A stretch of 64,000 nt of DNA from a virus (taxonomy: Duplodnaviria > Heunggongvirae > Uroviricota > Caudoviricetes), in IMG/VR virus record IMGVR_UViG_3300050196_000293; one strand, given 5' to 3'. Made by a program: the position numbers and the translations under genes. The notes beneath the pieces were generated by a model. It had not been told where the DNA came from. It ran no database searches and saw nothing but the letters and a program-made list of their open reading frames with translations. This document shows, one piece after another, positions 9,157 through 17,552 of this stretch (positions within the stretch are counted from its first letter, which is position 1; each line of letters starts with the position of its first letter).

Positions 9157-9437
9157 CTATGACTGACCCCCTTGTGGCCTTCTATGTCTCTCTAATACTG
9201 GCAGGCGTATTCTCAATTGCTCTAATTGTCTTGTTTTACGACCCACCACAAAAGCCCTTAAAGAGTGAGAAGGACATCGCCGCGCTTAAGGCTTGGGTAG
9301 CTAAGGGGCTCGCAAACCAGGATCCCCAAGAACTCCGGTTCACGGAACTGTTCGCCCGTGTCCATCGCTTGGGCTGGGAAAAGACAGCCGCAACCATAAC
9401 CGAAGAGGATTGGAAGGTGATCTATGGTGACACTTGA
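9153..9437 (+). CDS. small membrane protein (N-terminal TM helix)
   Basis: Hydrophobic segment LVAFYVSLILAGVFSIALIVLF; immediately downstream of rIIB. Confidence 0.45.
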   Translation: MTMTDPLVAFYVSLILAGVFSIALIVLFYDPPQKPLKSEKDIAALKAWVAKGLANQDPQELRFTELFARVHRLGWEKTAATITEEDWKVIYGDT

Positions 9438-9547
9438 TGAAATCGAACTGGAGATCAGAAACGCACTGAAAGCTTCCAATCACCTCTCCAGAGAAGCCAA
9501 TCTCAAAACAGCCCTCAGAATGCTTCAAACCTACAGGAAAGAGAATA

Positions 9548-10012
9548 ATGTCTAAACTCGTCGAATGGACCCCTGAACTTATTTCCACTGTTATTACCCT
9601 GCGACAAGAAGGATTTCCATACAAAGTGATTGCTAGAAAGATGGGGGGACAGGTTACAGAATCTGCCGCTAGTTCAGCATATGCGCGGTACTCGAAGTGT
9701 ATCAGTGCTGAACCTGTCCGTATTCCCACCTCAGCTCAGAACCGGGCAATCGTGGATCTTCTGGAGTCTTACTACGACGTCGACAGGCAGATGTATCTCG
9801 AGGACTACACCGACGAGGCCCTGGCAGAGCAACTGAACTACCCTTGGACCTGGGTGGCGGATCTTCGAGCTCGCCTCTATGGCCCAGAGGACAATGAGCA
9901 AGCCCACAAGGTTGATCCCATGATCGCCACCTTGCGCGAAGAGGGCCAAAAACTGGCCGCACAGGTCCAATCCTGGATTGAAAAGGTAGATACACATGTC
10001 AAAGCTGCTTGA
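9548..10012 (+). CDS. GcrA-like N-terminal domain protein (putative DNA-binding regulator)
   Basis: WTPELISTVITLRQEGFPYKVIARKMGGQV resembles GcrA N-terminus (WTDERVERLKKLWAEGLSASQIAAQLGGVS); rest unrelated. Confidence 0.4.
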   Translation: MSKLVEWTPELISTVITLRQEGFPYKVIARKMGGQVTESAASSAYARYSKCISAEPVRIPTSAQNRAIVDLLESYYDVDRQMYLEDYTDEALAEQLNYPWTWVADLRARLYGPEDNEQAHKVDPMIATLREEGQKLAAQVQSWIEKVDTHVKAA

Positions 10013-10217
10013 GTATGTAGAGCGCGTCGAGCGTCTCACTGAAGAAAAGGCTGAGATTTCCGAGGCGATCAAGGAAGTCTTGGAAGAAGTCAAGAGTGAA
10101 GGCTTCGATATCAAGGCTTTCCAACGGATGCTTACCCTCCGACGTCTCGAGAAGGACGCTCTGGAGAGCCAGACAACCATTGCATCACTGTACTTCAATG
10201 AGGTTGGATCCAAATGA
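9996..10217 (+). CDS. GapR-like (DUF2312) nucleoid-associated protein
   Basis: LLEYVERVERLTEEKAEISEAIKEVLEEVKSEGFDIKAF matches Caulobacter GapR core ([36 protein letters not shown]). Confidence 0.7.
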   Translation: MSKLLEYVERVERLTEEKAEISEAIKEVLEEVKSEGFDIKAFQRMLTLRRLEKDALESQTTIASLYFNEVGSK

Positions 10218-10420
10218 ACCGTATTCACGTCGAAAGTTCTAACATTGTCAGCATGGGATATGATCCTGATGAACAAATACTGGAAGTAGAATTCAAGAAC
10301 GGTGTCTATCAATATATAGGTGTCAAACCTGATGTACATCAGGCCATGATAGAAGCAGACTCAAAGGGCAAGTATTTCACCAGCGTTATCAAACCCAACT
10401 ATTTGTATCACAAGGTGTAA
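10214..10420 (+). CDS. KTSC domain protein
   Basis: SSNIVSMGYDPDEQILEVEFKNGVYQYIGVKPDVHQAMIEADSKGKYF matches KTSC domain consensus. Confidence 0.7.
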   Translation: MNRIHVESSNIVSMGYDPDEQILEVEFKNGVYQYIGVKPDVHQAMIEADSKGKYFTSVIKPNYLYHKV

Positions 10421-10525
10421 CTTGAAACGTAAATTCAGAAACATCGAACACATGATACGAGCTGCAGGTCTGTTTTCCTGTGGTTTGTCTTTCTAGTTGT
10501 GTTCTACCGCAACATCGTTTTCGCA

Positions 10526-10648
10526 ATGATCTCCTCCAGGTCTGACATCGCCCTTCTGGCGTCACCATTCATGGCCGTCATTGGTGCCTTTCTCTTCTTC
10601 CAACTCGCTGTCTACTTCATCTCTATCACACAAGGAAAATCCTCTTGA
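10526..10648 (+). CDS. possible 40-aa single-pass membrane peptide
   Basis: MISSRSDIALLASPFMAVIGAFLFFQLAVYFISITQGKSS read by eye; not in ORF track (<60 aa). Confidence 0.2.
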   Translation: MISSRSDIALLASPFMAVIGAFLFFQLAVYFISITQGKSS

Positions 10649-11277
10649 ACAAGTCCTACCTGCTGATGCCTGTCCTCGCCCTGCTCGCCGCCTGTGGCCA
10701 AACCGTCCAGCCTGGCCAAGCCGGCGTCATGGTCCGCAACTTCGGTAGCTCGGCTGGCGTCGACCAACAGCCCCTGAAGACCGGCTGGAACAGCACCGGC
10801 TGGGGTGAGGATATCAAGCTCTACCCCACCATCCAGAAGACCTACAGCTTCTCAGGTGATCAAGGCCAGATCTCGTTCACCGACCGCAACGGTCTCCCAA
10901 TGGCTGCTGATGTCACCATTACCCTACGAGTGGTCCCGACGTCGGCCCCCAAGATCTACCAGAAGTACCGCCTGGACTTCGACGAGCTGCTGGGTGGCCC
11001 AGCTATCGCCCTGGAGTCCGAGCTGGTGACGGTCGATCAGATGTTGGGTGGTGGTCGCCAGGTCGTTATCCAGCGGGCTTTCCAGCGAGTGGCCGGTGTG
11101 TGGGCCAAGGAAGGTGTAGAGATCACCCAACTCTCCTGGCTGGGCCAGATCCACTACCCTGAGAGTGTCTCCTCAACCATCGTTGCCCGAGCCCACGCTG
11201 CAAGGCTGATAGAGACGGAGACTGCAGTTGGGTGGACTGCCCTCAATTGGCTGATTACCAAAGCCACTGCCCGCTAG
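10645..11277 (+). CDS. SPFH/band-7-like lipoprotein (TTG start)
   Basis: Signal peptide with lipobox LLAAC; VQPGQAGVMVRNFG resembles SPFH domain N-terminal strand; RBS AAGGAAAA upstream of TTG. Confidence 0.5.
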   Translation: MNKSYLLMPVLALLAACGQTVQPGQAGVMVRNFGSSAGVDQQPLKTGWNSTGWGEDIKLYPTIQKTYSFSGDQGQISFTDRNGLPMAADVTITLRVVPTSAPKIYQKYRLDFDELLGGPAIALESELVTVDQMLGGGRQVVIQRAFQRVAGVWAKEGVEITQLSWLGQIHYPESVSSTIVARAHAARLIETETAVGWTALNWLITKATAR

Positions 11278-11292
11278 ACAGGGATCAAGAAT

Positions 11293-11712
11293 ATGACTGA
11301 CATGACCCGGGCCGAAAAACTCCTACAGATCATGCGTTTGGAGCCAGGCGACAGAGTGAGAATTGAAGTGACGGTTCGAGAGGGGTGCATTGGGGAACTG
11401 CTGCTTCCGAGTTTACATCTCAGAAGAGCACTCGAACTTAGTAACGATCTAATCAATTCCGCCCATCGGATCGAAAAGGTAGATCTACCCCACGACTGGA
11501 CCAAGAAGGGCTGGGCTCGGGGGCCGGGCGAAGAATTCTTTCGCTGTCACGGGCTGACGCGAGACGATAGAGTCATTTGCGAGAGTTCCTGGGCCGCCTT
11601 TAATGAATTTATACCGGGCATTTTGACACCCATCACAGACCTCAAAGACGCACCGGAATGGGTGCAGTCCTACGAGGCCAACCCGTTACCTCCTCCCCAT
11701 AACGGACCTTAA
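11293..11712 (+). CDS. hypothetical protein, paralog family B copy 1
   Basis: HRIEKVD(L/P)PHDWTK...RCHG...LTPI(T/K)DL(K/N)..PEWV..YEA shared with 11957..12355. Confidence 0.5.
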   Translation: MTDMTRAEKLLQIMRLEPGDRVRIEVTVREGCIGELLLPSLHLRRALELSNDLINSAHRIEKVDLPHDWTKKGWARGPGEEFFRCHGLTRDDRVICESSWAAFNEFIPGILTPITDLKDAPEWVQSYEANPLPPPHNGP

Positions 11713-11743
11713 AGACGCGCCTCAATGGGTTATAGACTACCAG
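11634..11743 (+). repeat. imperfect ~48-bp tandem duplication of the 3' end of gene 11293..11712
   Basis: cccatcacagacctcaaagacgcaccggaatgggtgcagtcctacgag vs cccataacggaccttaaagacgcgcctcaatgggttatagactaccag; second copy encodes LKDAPQWVIDYQ out of frame. Confidence 0.55.
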
Positions 11744-11759
11744 CGAGGGCTAAAGGAAT

Positions 11760-11960
11760 GTGAAAAGGGTAAGCCCTATGAATAAAGAACAAGAAAACCT
11801 GCGTGGTCAAGCCCTTATAGCCCTGTCTATGGCGTATGACATAATTAAGGAGCTAGTCGCGTTGAGTGACGACAACTCGCGTGATGCCCTGTGGCCTCAT
11901 GTAAACAGAACAATGGCTTGTATAAGTCTATCCGTCTCAGACTTGAAAGGGCTGAAATGA
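11760..11960 (+). CDS. hypothetical small protein
   Basis: ORF; stop overlaps next start (ATGA). Confidence 0.3.
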   Translation: MKRVSPMNKEQENLRGQALIALSMAYDIIKELVALSDDNSRDALWPHVNRTMACISLSVSDLKGLK

Positions 11961-12355
11961 GTGATATGACACATGAAGAAAAACAAGCCGTAGTCGCCAC
12001 GTTGCGAGATGGCGACCGGGTTCGGGTAGAATCTACAGTGATTAGGAAGGGATTTGGCTTAAAGATTAGTGGTCAGTTATACGGAAAGCTTGAAGACCTC
12101 GTTTACACCACCCATCGGATCGAAAAGGTAGATCCACCCCACGACTGGACCAAGCCGTGTTGGGCATACATCACTCGCGAACAGCAGTGGGTTCGCTGCC
12201 ACGGCCAAAGTCCAGACGACTTAATCATCGTCGAGGGTGAACACGACTGGACGGCTCGATTGCTACCCGAGAACCTCACCCCCATCAAAGACCTCAACAA
12301 GACACCGGAATGGGTGCGAGACTATGAGGCCAAGCTGAAGGGACGTAGGGAATGA
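11957..12355 (+). CDS. hypothetical protein, paralog family B copy 2
   Basis: Start MSDMTHEEKQ parallels MTDMTRAEKL of copy 1; conserved C-terminal block. Confidence 0.5.
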   Translation: MSDMTHEEKQAVVATLRDGDRVRVESTVIRKGFGLKISGQLYGKLEDLVYTTHRIEKVDPPHDWTKPCWAYITREQQWVRCHGQSPDDLIIVEGEHDWTARLLPENLTPIKDLNKTPEWVRDYEAKLKGRRE

Positions 12356-12549
12356 CCAAGTGTGACACATGCGGAGAGCCCGCAGAACTGCGGTGGTCTT
12401 GGGTGCGCGAGCCAGAGGGGGTTCGGAAAGAGCCCGAGGCCGTATCTTCTGACCTGTGTACAGCCTGCGCGGGCGTCATGTGGGAAAAAGCGCCCCAGCC
12501 GATGCGTGATAGCAGCACCTTTGCTGACATCCCCGGCGAAGCCTCATGA
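12352..12549 (+). CDS. small zinc-ribbon-like protein
   Basis: CDTCGEP...CTACAGV Cys pairs. Confidence 0.35.
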   Translation: MTKCDTCGEPAELRWSWVREPEGVRKEPEAVSSDLCTACAGVMWEKAPQPMRDSSTFADIPGEAS

Positions 12550-12914
12550 CCCAAGGAGAATTTGTGGCGATCCTCCCCCGACTGGTCCCAGGGACGCGTG
12601 TTACGGTGACAGAAACCGTAACCGTAACGGTCGAAGCTGACGAAGACGGAAACCTGTTTCTGCCCCTGACAAGACGGCTAAATATATGGTTGACGGATGA
12701 GGGTGGAACCGTCCCTGGGCGGCTTCCACCTAACTATACAATCAAAATCGAAGAGGACGCGCAACCGCTTATCGGCACGCACGCTGAAAGTTGCTGGCGA
12801 TCCGAGCCAGTGTACGTCCATGATGACGCGGCCAGGATTGCGGCGATGGAGGCCGCATTGCAAGAGGCGTTCGCGGCTTTGAGCGAGTTTTTGAGGACCG
12901 AAAAGAATGACTGA
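12546..12914 (+). CDS. hypothetical protein
   Basis: ORF with overlapping start/stop. Confidence 0.4.
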   Translation: MTQGEFVAILPRLVPGTRVTVTETVTVTVEADEDGNLFLPLTRRLNIWLTDEGGTVPGRLPPNYTIKIEEDAQPLIGTHAESCWRSEPVYVHDDAARIAAMEAALQEAFAALSEFLRTEKND

Positions 12915-13125
12915 AGAAGAGCAGGAGTATGCGGATAACGAAAATCGTCGAGCGTATGGCAGAAGCGAGCCAAATAAAGGCACGTTCCTGTGGTATGTGT
13001 GGGATAGTTTCTATATGAACAATCCCCAACTTACTCTCGAGGAGAATGTCAACGAAGCAACACCGTGGGAGTTGCTGACCGTGATATCGAACGCGATGGA
13101 CATGTATATGGAGCGCGGGAGATGA
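12907..13125 (+). CDS. hypothetical small protein
   Basis: ORF. Confidence 0.3.
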   Translation: MTEEEQEYADNENRRAYGRSEPNKGTFLWYVWDSFYMNNPQLTLEENVNEATPWELLTVISNAMDMYMERGR

Positions 13126-13259
13126 CCACTGAGAAACATACACTTACTACCGGATGGTTGAGCCGCTCGTTCAAACAGGCCCGGGACTTTAAGGCTTCCA
13201 ACGTCAAACTAATGAACGCCTTAAGAAGGAGTTTGGAGCCTTGGAGCAAGACTAACTAA
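13065..13259 (+). CDS. hypothetical small protein
   Basis: ORF overlapping previous in other frame. Confidence 0.2.
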   Translation: MGVADRDIERDGHVYGAREMTTEKHTLTTGWLSRSFKQARDFKASNVKLMNALRRSLEPWSKTN

Positions 13260-13271
13260 AAGTATCTATGT

Positions 13272-13282
13272 GTACTACACAT
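13272..13282 (+). promoter_or_regulatory. conserved motif GTACTACACAT (copy C)
   Basis: Same arrangement as copy B: motif, hairpin, T-run, ATG. Confidence 0.35.
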
Positions 13283-13290
13283 AAAGATTA

Positions 13291-13315
13291 GCCGCCTCCT
13301 CAGGCGGCTTTTTTT
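13291..13315 (+). terminator. rho-independent terminator GCCGCCTCCTCAGGCGGC + T7
   Basis: Near-identical to hairpin at 6196; followed by TTTTTTT then ATG of mazG ORF. Confidence 0.6.
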
Positions 13316-13819
13316 ATGCTCAGAGTATCCTTCAATTCAACATCCACTGGAAGAAACATGACATTTGCTATTGACGCTCTGAGAACCGCATCTCCGTACT
13401 TCAATCATAAAGGCTTCACGAATGAAGTAACGGAGTTCATCGGTCGTACCGCCACCCTGGCCAACAAGGCCAAGCGGGCAGCGTTCTACATCACGTCCGA
13501 GCAGCACGACCCAGGCACTTGGACACCCGTTGATACCAACCTGATCCACGGCCTTCTTGGTATTGTCTCCGAAGCCGGCGAGCTCCTCCAAGCCCTCCAA
13601 GCCCCCGGCGAGGAACTCGACATGGTCAACGTCCAGGAGGAGCTGGGCGACATGCTTTGGTACCTCAACCTGATGGTCTCCTCCTGTGGCAAAACCCAGG
13701 CGGAACTGGAAGTCCAACTCCTCGCCAAACTCCGTGCTCGATACCCTGAAAAATTCTCGGTCGAGTCCGCACTTGTCCGCGATCTAGACGCAGAAAGGAC
13801 CGCTTTGGAAACTAACTAG
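13316..13819 (+). CDS. mazG: MazG-like nucleoside triphosphate pyrophosphohydrolase (true start may be ATG 13358)
   Basis: EAGELLQALQ ... EELGDMLWYLNLM (EExxE / EExGD MazG motifs). Confidence 0.8.
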   Translation: MLRVSFNSTSTGRNMTFAIDALRTASPYFNHKGFTNEVTEFIGRTATLANKAKRAAFYITSEQHDPGTWTPVDTNLIHGLLGIVSEAGELLQALQAPGEELDMVNVQEELGDMLWYLNLMVSSCGKTQAELEVQLLAKLRARYPEKFSVESALVRDLDAERTALETN

Positions 13820-13928
13820 ACCGCTGAGTTCCCAGCCTTTTTGAGGCTGTAGCGGAAGTCGGAACAGCTGAGAGTAGGAAAACTATCCTCTCCCCTCTCA
13901 CCGGGTTCATCCTTGCATCGTTCACTTC

Positions 13929-13950
13929 ACCACCTCTCATCCGAGAGGTG
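13929..13950. repeat. hairpin CCACCTCTCATCCGAGAGGTGG, left copy of a ~33-nt direct repeat flanking gene 13972..14616
   Basis: 9-bp stem; ~85 percent identical to 14617..14638 including flanks. Confidence 0.5.
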
Positions 13951-13971
13951 GACATATTGGAACTCTAAAAC

Positions 13972-14616
13972 GTGAAATACGACCAAGCACTAAAAACCAT
14001 AGGGGGACTGTCACGGCCCTCCAAAATGCCCTGGTACGGCTGGTCGATCTCGGCCACCGACTGTATCACTGGAGCCAAGCTTCACGAGGTAGAGGGATCT
14101 GTCTGTAGCAGCTGCTACGCCCTCAAAGGCAACTATCGTTTCTCCAACGTCAAGTCCGCCCACGACCGGCGGATGGAAGCCTTGAACCACCCTCAATTCG
14201 TTGAGGCGTTCGTGGTCGTCCTCCAATCTCTGCTAACAAGACAGCGGGCGGAAATTAAGGAGAATCGGTTCCGCTGGTTCGACAGTGGTGATTTGCAATC
14301 ATTGAGGATGCTAGAGATGATCGCTGAGATTGCGATTCTCACGCCTAGCGTCCGCCACTGGTTGCCAACTCGGGAAATGGGAATTGTCAAACAGTTTCTC
14401 CAGAAGCACTCTGTGTTCCCAGCTAACCTCACGGTGCGGCTGTCCGCCCCTATGGTTGGTGAGGGTTTTGCCAAGCGCCCTATGGGACTCCCGATGGCGA
14501 CAGTTGACGTTCCGTCAGACAGTGTTGAGCAGTGTAAAGCCCCCGCCCAGGCTAACAAATGCCTGGACTGCAGTCACTGCTGGGACAAGTCCGACGTAAA
14601 CTATCACTACCACTAA
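13972..14616 (+). CDS. Cys-rich hypothetical protein (possibly Gp37/Gp68-DUF5131-like)
   Basis: W..W....DC......GSVCSSCYA pattern reminiscent of DUF5131 N-terminus; C-terminal CLDCSHC; weak. Confidence 0.45.
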   Translation: MKYDQALKTIGGLSRPSKMPWYGWSISATDCITGAKLHEVEGSVCSSCYALKGNYRFSNVKSAHDRRMEALNHPQFVEAFVVVLQSLLTRQRAEIKENRFRWFDSGDLQSLRMLEMIAEIAILTPSVRHWLPTREMGIVKQFLQKHSVFPANLTVRLSAPMVGEGFAKRPMGLPMATVDVPSDSVEQCKAPAQANKCLDCSHCWDKSDVNYHYH

Positions 14617-14638
14617 CCACCTCTCATCTGTGAGGTGG
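14617..14638. repeat. hairpin CCACCTCTCATCTGTGAGGTGG, right copy of direct repeat
   Basis: See 13929..13950. Confidence 0.5.
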
Positions 14639-14832
14639 TCCATAATGGAGCATCCCACATGAGAGATGAGATATTAATGGCCAAATTGGCCCACTACCTA
14701 GCCTGCCTGTTGGAAATCTACTGCACGGATGAAACTTTGTTTTCAGAAGTTTGGGAAGACGCACTACAAGCTGTACTTTCAACCCGTGGAATGTTTCTAC
14801 AAATTCAGATGCCGTTGAGGCCTTATATCTAA
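14635..14832 (+). CDS. hypothetical small protein (GTG start)
   Basis: ORF. Confidence 0.3.
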   Translation: MVHNGASHMRDEILMAKLAHYLACLLEIYCTDETLFSEVWEDALQAVLSTRGMFLQIQMPLRPYI

Positions 14833-14859
14833 GAGCTTTGGAAAGAGGACTAATCGATA

Positions 14860-15309
14860 ATGGAGACCCAAGAGACCAGACCTAAAGTGACAAGCGCGAA
14901 TGTCAATGATGATCTGTTGCGACAGTATTATGACGGCGTAAGTGTGGCTGAAGTCGCGAAAAAATCTGGACGCAGCGTTAGCGCCATCAGGTTGATCATT
15001 AAAAGTGACAAGCTGCTCAATGGAGAGCCAGATACCCCTAGGTCACGACCCAAGGACAACCGCTGCTTTGACAACAAGCGGCCTCTGTCAAACCATCATG
15101 CCAAGATCGGGCTCTTGATCCAAAACCATAGGACGAGCATGGAGCTTAACTGCACTGAGTATGGGGCATTGATCTCGTGCTCTAGATACCGGGTTAGGGA
15201 TATCGAACTTGGATCCTATGATATTACGCTACGCGAGATCCAGAACTTGGAGCGGGTACTAGGAATCAATCTGGTGACCGAACCTTCTATTAAAAGAGAA
15301 GAAGCTTGA
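14860..15309 (+). CDS. helix-turn-helix DNA-binding protein
   Basis: YYDGVSVAEVAKKSGRSVSAIRLIIK (HTH) and C-terminal DITLREIQNLERVLGINL (XRE-like). Confidence 0.5.
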   Translation: METQETRPKVTSANVNDDLLRQYYDGVSVAEVAKKSGRSVSAIRLIIKSDKLLNGEPDTPRSRPKDNRCFDNKRPLSNHHAKIGLLIQNHRTSMELNCTEYGALISCSRYRVRDIELGSYDITLREIQNLERVLGINLVTEPSIKREEA

Positions 15310-15500
15310 CCCCAAACCTAGACCTTGAAGTCGCTGCCCAAAAATACTGGGAAATGGGACAACAACTAAAGAAGTGCGTCGATGACGCACAAAGAAAATC
15401 AGTTGTAAAACACTATGTAGTTCCAATAGTTTGTGAACATTCGGGGAGTCGATATTCCACTCTTATGTACAAATGGGTCACAAAGTATGCGCCTGATTGA
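15306..15500 (+). CDS. hypothetical small protein
   Basis: ORF. Confidence 0.25.
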   Translation: MTPNLDLEVAAQKYWEMGQQLKKCVDDAQRKSVVKHYVVPIVCEHSGSRYSTLMYKWVTKYAPD

Positions 15501-16104
15501 TAGTTACGGACTACATTCGGCAGCGGGGGAAATATTATTCCTCCGTCAGGCGGATGGAGAGACCAATGTAATCTCTCCAACCCTTCAAAGTTATTCTAGT
15601 TTCAAGCCCCCAGCCAATTATGTGTGTCCTCATAACATAGATATTATGGCTGAAGATGTTGAGCTTCCTGATTGGATTGAGGATCCATTCATCTACACCT
15701 TCCTACCAAAGCCCTTCAATTATGGTTTCCAAAAACCCTTCCTGCTTGTTCACAACGAGCCCGATACGTTGAACCGTCTCTCGAACCTATGTCGGCTCAG
15801 TTCAACCGTGTCGCCCCCACTGATACCCCTCTGGTCGGCACCGCCCTACCAGTGCCGAGGCTTATACAAACTCACCAACCTGTCCCCCTTAGTTTGGACC
15901 TCGACCGACATAAATCATATCGAGATGGTTGAGAAACATATCGATTTATCCCAGCGGTTCAACCGAAAGATTCTGTTTGTCGGCAACACAGCCGTACCGC
16001 TAGGAGGGAAAGTCCAGCTGATTTATGAAATTCCCGACATCGACTTCTCCCTGCCACTCGAAAAAATTGGTGCAAAGGTGTTGAGGGAGTTCATGTCCAA
16101 GTGA
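15433..16104 (+). CDS. hypothetical protein
   Basis: ORF preceding helicase with 4-nt overlap. Confidence 0.4.
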   Translation: MNIRGVDIPLLCTNGSQSMRLIDSYGLHSAAGEILFLRQADGETNVISPTLQSYSSFKPPANYVCPHNIDIMAEDVELPDWIEDPFIYTFLPKPFNYGFQKPFLLVHNEPDTLNRLSNLCRLSSTVSPPLIPLWSAPPYQCRGLYKLTNLSPLVWTSTDINHIEMVEKHIDLSQRFNRKILFVGNTAVPLGGKVQLIYEIPDIDFSLPLEKIGAKVLREFMSK

Positions 16105-17507
16105 CTGATAAGATACTGAGAACTGACCAAATTGCTGATCTGGCCTACCACATAGCCAACAAGCGATCCATGAACCTCAACGATCCAGGGACAGGCAAGA
16201 CCGGGACAGTCGTAGTCAATCAATTCCGTAGGCAGCAGGAGGGGATCAAGACCCTCTGGATCCAGCCCAAGAGCCTGATGAGGAAAAACGTCGAGGAGAT
16301 AATGGCTTTCACAGGCCTACCTCGATCAGCCATTGGGGTAATGGATGGAACCCCCGCCCAGATCCAGAAAGAGATCCTGAAAGGGCCTGCTATCTATCTC
16401 TGTGGTCCTGATTTTCTAAAAAAAGTCACGGGCTTGGTGGCTGAGTGGGGTATTTCGGCGGTTGATGTCGATGAATTCCATATGTGTTTTGGTGGGCCAA
16501 ACTCAGCCCGTACTAATGCCTTCTATGAGATTCAACCCCTGATTAGGGAGTCAATCTATATGACCGGCACCCTGATCAATGGCCGACTGGACACGTCCTT
16601 CGCGGCGATTGATACGATTGACCGAGGTTTCTATCCCCTGGGATATGATCAGTTCCTCTACGAGCACGCCATAACAGACGTTCGAGGCAAGATCCTAGGG
16701 TGGGATAACCATGATCGGATCAGGGAGATCCTCGGCCGGCACGCGATCCGGCGAACCTTCGAGAGCATCTTTGGCAAACAGAAGGTGGTGTTTGACACCG
16801 ACTGGGTCGAGATGGCTCCAGCCCAACGGAACATGTTTGATAAGTTCAAGGCTGAGGCCTTCCTTGAACTCGATCTCTTCATGCTCGACGGGAGCCTACC
16901 AGGTCCAGCTACCCTGAGGGCCAGACAGATCATGGAGCACCCCAATGTGTTCCCCGATCTGACTGACCCGAAGGGCAAGCGCCGAATCAACATCATGCCT
17001 GGGGAGGCTCCAGGCAAGGAACAGTCTCTGGAGATTCACTTCGACGAGCACTATCGTAGGAAAACACCCCTAATCCTGTTTGCCTTCTTCAAGGATCAGC
17101 AGGAGCGGATTGTGGAACTGGCTACCCGGTGTGGCCTGCGAGCTCGCTACATGAATGGGGACACCCCTATGAATGAGCGCAGCGAAATCGACGAAGCCTA
17201 CAAGAGAGGCGACCTGGACCTGAACGTACTGAGCCCAGCCATCGGGGCAACGGGTTGGAACTGGCAGTTCAGTGGTGACCGAGAAACCTGCCACGTCATC
17301 AATACCAGCCTGTCCTATATGGATAGCGACTTCAGCCAGGGGTTCAAACGGGCTATCCGGGGCAAGCGGACCTCACCCCTTCGGGTGACTACCCAAGCCT
17401 ACTACGACAGTCTCGACCGTCGTCAGATGGATATCCTGATCCACAAATCCATGGACGCCCACAAGGTGGACCCGTCCCGGGATATCATTCAGTTCAACAG
17501 CCACTAG
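16101..17507 (+). CDS. superfamily-2 helicase (DEAD/SNF2-like)
   Basis: Walker A LNDPGTGKTGT, motif II DVDEFH, motif III MTGTLING, C-terminal helicase domain. Confidence 0.65.
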   Translation: MTDKILRTDQIADLAYHIANKRSMNLNDPGTGKTGTVVVNQFRRQQEGIKTLWIQPKSLMRKNVEEIMAFTGLPRSAIGVMDGTPAQIQKEILKGPAIYLCGPDFLKKVTGLVAEWGISAVDVDEFHMCFGGPNSARTNAFYEIQPLIRESIYMTGTLINGRLDTSFAAIDTIDRGFYPLGYDQFLYEHAITDVRGKILGWDNHDRIREILGRHAIRRTFESIFGKQKVVFDTDWVEMAPAQRNMFDKFKAEAFLELDLFMLDGSLPGPATLRARQIMEHPNVFPDLTDPKGKRRINIMPGEAPGKEQSLEIHFDEHYRRKTPLILFAFFKDQQERIVELATRCGLRARYMNGDTPMNERSEIDEAYKRGDLDLNVLSPAIGATGWNWQFSGDRETCHVINTSLSYMDSDFSQGFKRAIRGKRTSPLRVTTQAYYDSLDRRQMDILIHKSMDAHKVDPSRDIIQFNSH

Positions 17508-17530
17508 GAGGGAAAAGAAAATGTAGTCTT

Positions 17531-17545
17531 CTGTACTAGACAAGC
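17531..17545 (+). promoter_or_regulatory. motif variant CTGTACTAGACAAGC (copy D)
   Basis: Degenerate version of CTACTACACAT followed by hairpin. Confidence 0.25.
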
Positions 17546-17552
17546 ATAAATC

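Noticed and set aside
16101-17507. Helicase as a replicative DnaB or T7 gp4-type hexameric helicase
   Set aside because: It lacks the DnaB-family Walker arrangement. It has DExH and a separate C-terminal RecA-like domain typical of SF2, so it is called SNF2/DEAD-like.
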